The translations under genes were made by a program, and so were the position numbers. Below the pieces are notes generated by a model, which was not told the origin of the DNA, searched no databases, and saw only the letters and a list, made by a program, of their open reading frames with translations. Below are positions 53,458 to 62,777 of a stretch of 64,000 nucleotides of DNA, in pieces. This DNA is from an uncultured Candidatus Melainabacteria bacterium (lineage in GTDB: Bacteria; Cyanobacteriota; Vampirovibrionia; Gastranaerophilales; Gastranaerophilaceae): positions 15,075-79,074 of the forward strand of contig CAKVIN010000010.1 in the NCBI GenBank assembly GCA_934754425.1. Reading direction: 5' to 3'. Each line of letters starts with the position of its first letter. Position 1 is the first letter of the stretch.

Positions 53458-55086
53458 TTAACAACTATACTGAATATCTAATCTATTCGATATATGTTTA
53501 TCTACCGTAATAAGAGCATCTGAACGACCTATTGGAAGCGTTGAACATCCAACCGGAGCCATTAGTTTTTTGAGTTCTATATCCGTTGCTAAAATGTAAT
53601 TAACTAAATTTTGTGCAACTTTATCAACATCAAGCCTTTTTACAAGACATTCTTTTTGAGCAGCAATCCCAGCCGGACAAAGTCCTGTATTACAAGCATT
53701 ACATCTTCCGGTATCACTTCCGACACAACCGGCTATTTCCATAAGCATTCTACCGGTAAATACCCCATTTGCTCCCAAACAAATAAGTTTAAACGCATCC
53801 GCAGCAAAACTTCCCGTTTGTCCTAAACCACCGCCGGCAAACAAAGGAATTTCGCCTTGACGTCCTTGGTGAACTGCTGCAAGATAACAATCTCTTAATT
53901 TTGATGTAATCGGATGTCCTGTATGGTTTAAAGATATTTCATGAGCTGCACCCGTTCCGGCAGCCAAACCATCTAAGAAGAATCCACCAACGATATTATA
54001 CGGATCACGCAACAAATTATTGTAAACAGAAACACTTGTTACAGAAGCTGCAACCTTAATCGCAACCGGAACTTTAAAATTAAACGCCGCATTCATAGAC
54101 AAAAACATCTTCTGAACGCTTTCCTCTATTGAATATAAACCTTGGTGCGTAGGTGGAGAAAGCAAATCAGCTTTTGGCACACCTCTTATTTCTTGTACAT
54201 ATTTTGCAACTTTACTAGCAAGTAACAATCCGCCATCCCCTGGTTTTGCACCTTGACCGATTTTAATAAGTATACCGGCAGGATCTTCTGTCATTTCTGG
54301 CAATGATTTAATAATTCTATTCCACCCAAAATGCCCTGATGCTATTTGTAAAATCATATATTTTACATATCTTGATTTTAAAAGCTTGGTCGGAATTCCG
54401 CCTTCTCCGGTACACATACGGATTGGAATTCCCATAACTTCATTCAAATAAGCAGTCGCTATTGCCATTGCTTCCCACATTCTCCAAGAAACAGCACCAA
54501 TAGACATGTCACCAAAAATTATCGGATAAATCCAACGGTTAGGAGGAAGTTGTGTTGTTTCAACAATCTTTCCATCTTTTACATCAAAATTAAGTTTATC
54601 GGCTTTCAAAACCCTGCCAAACGGAGTCTTTAATTCAAATGTATGTCTTTGTGCATCCAAAGAAGGGTCTGTCATTTGAGATATTCTACCGATTTTGATT
54701 TTGTCCAAAGTGCGGCCTTCCGTGTTCAAATTTGAACGTCCACCTTTTTTGAAAGAATCAGCCTTATTTGCTCTATAAGCAACTGAATACTTATCATCCT
54801 TATTTCTAATAAGTTTTATTGCGCCATTCGGACAAACATTTGCACACATTCCACAACCACGACAATAATTTTCTAAAGAAACATTTTGCTTAATAACAAG
54901 AACTTTTTCTGTCTTATTTTTTTCTATAATAGAATTCGTTTTTTTTCTTAATTCTACTGCCGGTGAAATTGCATTAAAAGAACACACAGCAGTACATTTA
55001 CCGCATTGAATACATTTACTTTCATCATACTCAACTATCCAAGGTAAATCACTTTTATGTAACTCATTTATCTTTACTGCTGCCAT
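53458..55086 (-). CDS. Archaeal-type glutamate synthase, FMN-binding (GltB central) domain with N-terminal 2x[4Fe-4S] ferredoxin
   Basis: CIQCGKCTAVC and CRGCGMCANVCP, then ISQMTDPS...GAVSWRMWEA...QGAKPGDGG...GGGLGQ, typical of the Glu_synthase domain. Confidence 0.85.
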   Translation of the reverse strand: MAAVKINELHKSDLPWIVEYDESKCIQCGKCTAVCSFNAISPAVELRKKTNSIIEKNKTEKVLVIKQNVSLENYCRGCGMCANVCPNGAIKLIRNKDDKYSVAYRANKADSFKKGGRSNLNTEGRTLDKIKIGRISQMTDPSLDAQRHTFELKTPFGRVLKADKLNFDVKDGKIVETTQLPPNRWIYPIIFGDMSIGAVSWRMWEAMAIATAYLNEVMGIPIRMCTGEGGIPTKLLKSRYVKYMILQIASGHFGWNRIIKSLPEMTEDPAGILIKIGQGAKPGDGGLLLASKVAKYVQEIRGVPKADLLSPPTHQGLYSIEESVQKMFLSMNAAFNFKVPVAIKVAASVTSVSVYNNLLRDPYNIVGGFFLDGLAAGTGAAHEISLNHTGHPITSKLRDCYLAAVHQGRQGEIPLFAGGGLGQTGSFAADAFKLICLGANGVFTGRMLMEIAGCVGSDTGRCNACNTGLCPAGIAAQKECLVKRLDVDKVAQNLVNYILATDIELKKLMAPVGCSTLPIGRSDALITVDKHISNRLDIQYSC

Positions 55087-56180
55087 CTTTCCACCGTTAA
55101 ATCATTTTTTACTATTATTGTTTCATGTTCATTTGGATAAATATCATCCTCAATATTTCTATCAGGCATCAAATCATTAATACCGACAACTTCAGAAGTC
55201 ATTATAACAGTATCTTCATTTTTGCCAATTACAACAGGTCGTAATTTTTTAGAATCACATACACAAAGCATTTCTTTATCAGGTGTTACCGCTAAAAGTG
55301 TATTAGGACCATTGATTTCTAAATGCGCCAATGATGCTTTTATCCTCAACAGAATTTCCTTATCCGGACGTTTAATAATCTCGTCATATCCAAGTGGTGT
55401 AATTGTATGTTTAAAATATTGTATAGGCCATTTTAAAATCTTATGCAGATAATGTAATGTATATAATAAACATTGTGAATCTGATTCAAACCCCATATAC
55501 CCTTTATAAAGCCCTTTTTGATAAGATTTATTCTTCTCATAAAAAGTATTTTCGCCATTAACAAGTCCTGTATAGCCTTCTATAAAAAATGGATGAGCAG
55601 CGTATCTAACAATATCATAGTTAGTATTCTGCCTACATTGTGCAGTAATTATACTGGAAGTTAAATCTTTATTACCTTCCCATAAATTAAAATAAGTACC
55701 GATATCACGAGGACTGCCAATTTCTTTAAGCGTCAACGTATCCGGCCAAAATGAATATATAAAGCCGGAATTTGATTCTTCTAAAGCTTTTCTCAATCTA
55801 ATAGAAGTATCAATAAGGAGCTCTTCTTTTTCTTCCTTTGTTGCATGTTTGTAACTTTTCGGATATTGCAAAACCTCAAAAATATAATTAGGCATTGCTT
55901 CTATTTTCAAGCCTTTTTGGTTATTAATATCCGGTGACCATTGCATTACACGAGAAAAACCGATTTCTCGCAAGATATCTTCTGCAAGACGAGTACCTTC
56001 TACAGTTGCAGCCATTGATAAAAGCGGAAGTTCTTTATAATTTTCAAACAATCCGCCCATATCCTGCATAACAAAAGCAAATCCGGAATCATCATGTCCT
56101 TCTTGCTGGCTTCTCATCAATTTTAAAGCAATTGACGGATGTAATTTCTTTTTCGATTTTATTGCACCTATTCTACACAT
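55074..56180 (-). CDS. Archaeal-type glutamate synthase, class II (Ntn) glutamine amidotransferase domain
   Basis: Start moved to ATG 56180 so the product begins MCRIGAI, giving the catalytic Cys after Met removal. The listed ORF starts at TTG 56216. Overlaps the FMN-domain gene by 13 nt. Confidence 0.7.
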   Translation of the reverse strand: MCRIGAIKSKKKLHPSIALKLMRSQQEGHDDSGFAFVMQDMGGLFENYKELPLLSMAATVEGTRLAEDILREIGFSRVMQWSPDINNQKGLKIEAMPNYIFEVLQYPKSYKHATKEEKEELLIDTSIRLRKALEESNSGFIYSFWPDTLTLKEIGSPRDIGTYFNLWEGNKDLTSSIITAQCRQNTNYDIVRYAAHPFFIEGYTGLVNGENTFYEKNKSYQKGLYKGYMGFESDSQCLLYTLHYLHKILKWPIQYFKHTITPLGYDEIIKRPDKEILLRIKASLAHLEINGPNTLLAVTPDKEMLCVCDSKKLRPVVIGKNEDTVIMTSEVVGINDLMPDRNIEDDIYPNEHETIIVKNDLTVERWQQ

Positions 56181-56269
56181 ACGATTGATTTTACCGCTTT
56201 TTTTCCCAACCGTCAAGATAAATGCTTATTATTTATTTATGCTAAAATTAAAAAATAGGAGATTATAAA

Positions 56270-56929
56270 GTGAGAGAAAATATTTTAAGAGAAACTGCAG
56301 CCACACATGTCTATTTGAATTATACAAGATTTGGTACAAAACAAGTTCATAAATTAAAATTATATTTTATTGATAGAGAGTATGCTTATTTTGCATCTAA
56401 AAAACTACAAGAAGATTTTGTGCCATTAAACAAAGGAACTCCTGCAGAAATATTAGTCTACACGGTTGATGGTTTCTATAAAACAAATGTTTATATAAAT
56501 AGTACACAACAAGATACGAATGAAATATTATTTGAGGTAAGCATTCCAAAGACTTGGGAGTTTACTCAAAGAAGAAACGGCTCCAGATGTAATATTAGTA
56601 TGGAAGTAAATATAAAATACAATGATGATTTTGAGATTAATGCAATCACAAATGATATCGCTCTTGATGGTGTTTCCTTTTATTTAAAGGATAAAATAAA
56701 TGTAATTTATGAAAAATTACCGGCAATCATTACAGTAAAACTTCCATCCAGTTGCTGGATAAAAAATCCTTCTTGCAAAATTTATACAGAAACACAATTT
56801 GTACGCAAACGTATTGAAGAAGATGATAAAGAGCATTATCAACAATATCTTTACGCATATCAATTCATGAAACTTTCGCCAGAAGAAAAAGCTTCATTAA
56901 AAGAATTATTATTACAAAGACCACACTAA
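56270..56929 (+). CDS. PilZ-domain protein (YcgR-like two-domain layout)
   Basis: QRRNGSR (RRxxxR) followed ~25 aa later by DIALDGVSF (DxSxxG-like). Confidence 0.6.
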   Translation: MRENILRETAATHVYLNYTRFGTKQVHKLKLYFIDREYAYFASKKLQEDFVPLNKGTPAEILVYTVDGFYKTNVYINSTQQDTNEILFEVSIPKTWEFTQRRNGSRCNISMEVNIKYNDDFEINAITNDIALDGVSFYLKDKINVIYEKLPAIITVKLPSSCWIKNPSCKIYTETQFVRKRIEEDDKEHYQQYLYAYQFMKLSPEEKASLKELLLQRPH

Positions 56930-57003
56930 ATAAATACAAGTTTTTATTGTTATTTGACAGCAAATGTTGTATTATACAATAAGATAAATTAGAGAGGAAT
57001 AGC

Positions 57004-57645
57004 ATGAATACAAATATTTTTAGGAACACAGACATAACAAAAATATATTTATTTTACGTTGATGGTGGCATAAAAGTTAAAACAGAAGTGAAAATGCGTT
57101 TTATGGACCAAAAAGACGGTTATTTTTCAGCAACACTTCCTCCTAATTTCAAGAAACCTAAAAGAAAGATTTCTGCCGAGTTGAAAGTTTATACATCAGA
57201 CGGAATTTATCAATCAAGTGTTACTCTAATAGATACAACTACGTCAATAAATGATGTTTTATACCAAATTTCATTCCCTAAAAAATGGGAATTAATTCAA
57301 CTCCGTTCCGGCACAAGAAAACATGTTGAGCTACCTTTTAAAATTCAATACCAAGATGGTTATTCATTAGAAGGCACTACTCACGATTTAGCTATTGGTG
57401 GCATTTCATTTATAAATAACCTTCAAATGTCTAGTATCTATAAAAAAATACCGGCAACAATAACACTGGAATTCCCACAGAACTTAATAATTAATTTCCC
57501 AGATAGAAAATTAGAAACTGAAGTAATGTTTGTTCGTGAAAACAAATATGACAATTTTGATAACAAATTGTATAGCTACAGATTCAAGTCTTTATCTCAG
57601 GATGCCATTGACATTATAAAAGCATTCTTAATAAAATTAGACTAA
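57004..57645 (+). CDS. PilZ-domain protein, paralog with degenerate RxxxR motif
   Basis: Collinear with 56270..56929. QLRSGTRKH replaces RRxxxR. DLAIGGISF is retained. Confidence 0.55.
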   Translation: MNTNIFRNTDITKIYLFYVDGGIKVKTEVKMRFMDQKDGYFSATLPPNFKKPKRKISAELKVYTSDGIYQSSVTLIDTTTSINDVLYQISFPKKWELIQLRSGTRKHVELPFKIQYQDGYSLEGTTHDLAIGGISFINNLQMSSIYKKIPATITLEFPQNLIINFPDRKLETEVMFVRENKYDNFDNKLYSYRFKSLSQDAIDIIKAFLIKLD

Positions 57646-57704
57646 GATTTGACTTTATAAAATTTAAGACTAATAATATTATATACATTTAAGACGAAGG
57701 TATT

Positions 57705-57956
57705 TTGATGAAATTAATAAACAGACTCAAAGTTTTTGAACAAAAGTACATATTTTTGAGATGGGCAACAGGAGCAGAGTACGGAAAACTTGTATATGTT
57801 GGCGAAGATTTTGTAGAGTTTAATATCATTGACGTTGATACTATGGAATATCGTGAAACAACAATAATCAATGCTTCGCTCGTATTGGAAGCTATTTTTG
57901 GCGGACCGGATATTTCCAGAATTGTTGCAGAAATTTCTTCACTAATGTCTGATTAA
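57705..57956 (+). CDS. Small protein (83 aa), unknown function
   Basis: ORF with TTG/ATG start at 57705/57708. Plausible composition but no recognised motif. Confidence 0.4.
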   Translation: MMKLINRLKVFEQKYIFLRWATGAEYGKLVYVGEDFVEFNIIDVDTMEYRETTIINASLVLEAIFGGPDISRIVAEISSLMSD

Positions 57957-57960
57957 GTAG

Positions 57961-58535
57961 CTTTTACCAAGGAGCCGACCCAATGTCTACGTGCATTGAG
58001 ATAAACATTAAGTCTGTAATACCACTTCGAGGCGGAGTTGGTAGTTTTTTAAACAATCTTGTAATTTTTACCAAGGAGCCGACAATATGGCTACGTGCGT
58101 TGGGATAAGCATTGAGCCTGTAATACCACTTCGAGGCGGAGTTGGTAGTTTTTCAAAACCATCTTGTAATTTTTACCAAGAAGCCGACCAAATGTCTACG
58201 TGCGTAGCATAAATGGATTGTAAATTAGTAATACCACCATTGAGGCGGAGCCGGTAGTTTTTAAAACCATCTTGTAATTTTTACCAAGGAGCCGACAATA
58301 TATCTACGTGCGTTGGGATAAGCATTGAGGCTGTAATACCACTTCGAGGCGGAGTTGGTAGTTTTTCAAAACCATCTTGTAATTTTTACCAAGGAGCCGA
58401 CCCAATGTCTACGTGCGTAGCATAAATGGATTGTAAATTAGTAATACCACCATTGAGTCGGAGCCGGTAGTTTTTAAAACCATCTTGTAATTTTTACCAA
58501 GAAGCCGACAATATATCTACGTGCGTAGCACCCGT
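57961..58535 (+). repeat. Tandem array of about 5.5 G+C-rich units of 104-108 bp with two alternating subtypes
   Basis: The core TACCAAG(G/A)AGCCGAC recurs at 57965, 58069, 58174, 58282, 58387 and 58495. Each unit also has CTACGTGCG, GTAATACCAC and a hairpin (ACCACTTCG-agg-CGGAGtTGGT in subtype A) followed by T5. Confidence 0.9.
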
Positions 58536-58577
58536 ATGGGTAATTTTTTATTTTCTCTTTTGAATAAAAATAATTAT

Positions 58578-59477
58578 ATGAAGCGAATATTACTTTTATT
58601 TATTGGTGCAATTATTGGGATTATAGGATTTTTATTTTTCATCCACAATATCTATAACCTTCGAGTTACCGCTGTTTTTGAAGATATGGAACCATTTCCA
58701 CACAACTTGAACGTATATTATAAAGGTTTTAAACTCGGACGTTCAATAAGAGTTCATCCATCAAAAGATTTTATGACTACACAAGTTGATATGGTTTTAA
58801 AAGCAAAAGACTTGTCGCTACCTGATAATATTACCGCTAAAGTTAAATCAAAAAATAAAAAAGATTATATCGAATTAGAATATCCTGATGCTCCATCTAT
58901 TACTTATTTAAAAAATCATTCATTTATCCAAGGTAAAAAAGGGTTGGATATTGCAGGATATATTGATAAACAGGCAGAGGGCGGGGGGCTCGATGAAATA
59001 AAAGATAACCTCAATAAAACCGTTGAGTCTGCAAGTGGTACATTAGATGCAATGACAGAATTTATTAATACGGGGAATGACATACTTAAGGATTTACGTC
59101 CTTCATTAAAAGAAACCGGAGAAAATTTGGCCAATATGAGTAAAAATTTGGCTGATGTTACCTCTGAATTAAATCGTTCTGCAAAACCTCAAAGACTTGA
59201 TAATACTTTTGTTAACATAGAACAGACTACTAAAAATATAGAACGAACAACTAAAAACTTAGAACTGGCAAGTGTTAATATTGCGAACATTTCTTCTCAT
59301 ACACAAACAGAAACTATCGGATTAGTAGATTGTGTTATTGCAAATACAAACACAGTGGTCAAAAACATTAACACTGTTGTCACTAATACTAATGATATAG
59401 TAAAAGGTTTTCAGGCAACACTGAATAAACGATTTGCCGGCATGAAAATTATGTTCGGCCGTCCATTAAAAGGCTAA
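58578..59477 (+). CDS. MlaD/MCE-domain protein
   Basis: Start moved to ATG 58578 (MKRILLLFIGAIIGIIGFLFF anchor). The MCE fold region (VTAVFEDMEPFPHNLNVYYKGFKLGRSIRV) is followed by a repetitive helical C-terminus. Confidence 0.7.
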   Translation: MKRILLLFIGAIIGIIGFLFFIHNIYNLRVTAVFEDMEPFPHNLNVYYKGFKLGRSIRVHPSKDFMTTQVDMVLKAKDLSLPDNITAKVKSKNKKDYIELEYPDAPSITYLKNHSFIQGKKGLDIAGYIDKQAEGGGLDEIKDNLNKTVESASGTLDAMTEFINTGNDILKDLRPSLKETGENLANMSKNLADVTSELNRSAKPQRLDNTFVNIEQTTKNIERTTKNLELASVNIANISSHTQTETIGLVDCVIANTNTVVKNINTVVTNTNDIVKGFQATLNKRFAGMKIMFGRPLKG

Positions 59478-59492
59478 AAAATGTAAAATAAA

Positions 59493-60473
59493 TTACACTT
59501 CCCAGTTATTATTTCCAACTGTAAAAAATCCATTCCGGTTATTATATCCTATAGAAATGTTTAAATCATTAATTGAATTCCAACCTTTTGATGCAACTCT
59601 ATCTATAAGACTCTTTGCATAATCAAAAGCAGCACCCTTAAATTCAATTCCTACAGAACTATTTTCAATACCGTCTTTTAGCAAATCATATAAACTTTGC
59701 CCATCAGACGTATAGTATTCACCATCTTTTAAGTTTAATTGTGATAAATCTAAACCGGTAAATTCTTTAACTTGTTGATAAGCTCTGAATTTATTAACTA
59801 TTTCACTATCAATACCAGATGACGAATTCATTGCATAATACATCAGATTTTTGGAATTATTCTTGTTGTTTATTAAATTTGCAATTTGTGATAACAAGTT
59901 AATATCATCTAAACCTGAAACAGTAGCATTAAAATCATATGGATTAAATGTAATCAATAAATTATCATTATCACTCAAATTTATACCATTATTCTTAAGT
60001 AAATTTGACATATTTAGACTAATCGAATCGTGCTTTGATTTTATTTGATTTACTTCATAAGTATCCCAATCTTCTGAAGTATAATTCAAACGTGGATCGT
60101 TCAAATCTCCACAACCTATTGTCCCAAAACACACGGCATTGTAATCGTTTTTAAACATTGCATATTTTTCAGGCTCATCCCATTTTTTTGTATATGCAAA
60201 ATCATCTGTTCCAAAATATTTTTTACTTAAATATTGATGTACTTCTACTTCTGTTTTACACTGACTACGCATTGAACTTGCCCAATCAGCAAGTTTTTCA
60301 TCTAAAGCTCTTCTTGAAAGATTCAAGTCTGAATACGGATTACTATTCTCTGATTTTGATTTCAAATCATCAGAATTCCAATTATCAACCATTTGTTGAT
60401 ACCTATCTTGAACTGTTTCCGGTGAATAACGATGTACATTATTATAATAGTTATAATAACCAATTTCGCTCAT
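59493..60473 (-). CDS. Asn/Asp/Tyr-rich protein (326 aa), unknown function
   Basis: Long ORF with GAAAGGA 6 nt upstream of the ATG. No signal peptide and no recognised motif. Confidence 0.5.
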   Translation of the reverse strand: MSEIGYYNYYNNVHRYSPETVQDRYQQMVDNWNSDDLKSKSENSNPYSDLNLSRRALDEKLADWASSMRSQCKTEVEVHQYLSKKYFGTDDFAYTKKWDEPEKYAMFKNDYNAVCFGTIGCGDLNDPRLNYTSEDWDTYEVNQIKSKHDSISLNMSNLLKNNGINLSDNDNLLITFNPYDFNATVSGLDDINLLSQIANLINNKNNSKNLMYYAMNSSSGIDSEIVNKFRAYQQVKEFTGLDLSQLNLKDGEYYTSDGQSLYDLLKDGIENSSVGIEFKGAAFDYAKSLIDRVASKGWNSINDLNISIGYNNRNGFFTVGNNNWEV

Positions 60474-60535
60474 TTGAATCCTTTCAGATTATATAACCAT
60501 TATATCATGTTTTATAAATTATAAAAGATATATTC

Positions 60536-61976
<1,441 letters not shown>

Positions 61977-61980
61977 AATT

Positions 61981-62274
61981 TTATAGCACCTTTACTAAAT
62001 CATTTTTGATTAAATTATAAAACTTATCATCAATATCATAAGCAAAATTGACAATAAAAGATAAGTCACTATTGTCAAACATTTCTCTTATCAATTCTAT
62101 ATCGTTTAGATTAATTGAAGTTTTAGGAACAACCAAAATATCCAAATCAGAAAGCTGTCTATAATTCCCTTTTACACGAGAACCATAGAAATAAAAATCA
62201 TATTTCTCTAAATATAATTTAAGAATATCTTTTACAATATTTTCTTCATTTTCAGTTAAGCCTTTAATTGGCAT
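61981..62274 (-). CDS. Minimal nucleotidyltransferase (MNT), copy 3
   Basis: FYGSRVKGNYRQLSDLDILVV motif. Confidence 0.75.
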   Translation of the reverse strand: MPIKGLTENEENIVKDILKLYLEKYDFYFYGSRVKGNYRQLSDLDILVVPKTSINLNDIELIREMFDNSDLSFIVNFAYDIDDKFYNLIKNDLVKVL

Positions 62275-62314
62275 GCGCTTTTCCTATATCACTGGAGTGC
62301 AACCCCAATCTACT

Positions 62315-62722
62315 TTAATTATCTTGAATATTTTTTTTCAATTTCTCTATTAGCATTTCTGTATCTTTTAAAAAATCAGGAATAATTTCTATTATTTTTC
62401 TTGATTTTACCAAATTGTACTCATGTGCTGTATCATTTCTTTTTTGATAATAATTTCGCCATCTTTCCCAATTTTCCGTAAAACCATAACCTTGCATAAG
62501 ACGAAAAATATTATTCATAGAAAGTTCTTTTTCTGTTTTTCCGTAGTTTTGAATAAAAATTTTTTTAGTCAATTTCCAAGCTGCTTCTAAAGTATATTCA
62601 AATCGTTTTACGCAAGAATCAGCTATATATTCTAATAATGAAGAATTTTGATTACTTTCATAATCGGCATAACAAATTTTTAGTGTCTTATAAGCTTCTT
62701 CAAGATTTGAAATTTGAATCAT
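62315..62722 (-). CDS. HEPN-domain protein (HI0074 family), copy 3 (most divergent)
   Basis: VKRFEYTLEAAWK and RNDTAH (Rx4H) motifs. Confidence 0.75.
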   Translation of the reverse strand: MIQISNLEEAYKTLKICYADYESNQNSSLLEYIADSCVKRFEYTLEAAWKLTKKIFIQNYGKTEKELSMNNIFRLMQGYGFTENWERWRNYYQKRNDTAHEYNLVKSRKIIEIIPDFLKDTEMLIEKLKKNIQDN

Positions 62723-62746
62723 GATAATTCCTTTTTATAAATTTAT

Positions 62747-62768
62747 AGTTGGGGTATAATCCCCAACT
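62747..62768 (-). terminator. Hairpin between glmS and the HEPN gene (terminator-like, weak U tail)
   Basis: AGTTGGGG-tataat-CCCCAACT, located 9 nt past the glmS stop. Confidence 0.45.
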
Positions 62769-62777
62769 TATTTTTAT

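Noticed and set aside
57983-58215. Mini-ORFs inside the repeat units, each behind AAGGAG: MSTCVA, MSTCVPD at 7976, and 41-42 aa read-through versions such as MATCVGISIEPVIPLRGGVGSF...
   Set aside because: Two of the six units have ATA instead of ATG at the start position. Stop positions differ between units and frames run across unit borders. Coding is therefore not consistently preserved, and the ORFs are mentioned only as a possibility within the repeat finding.
57961-58535. Is the regular repeat array a CRISPR locus?
   Set aside because: The unit length is ~105 bp. The segments between conserved cores are themselves repeated, as two alternating subtypes, rather than being unique spacers. 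No cas genes or leader are nearby. It is called a tandem repeat instead.
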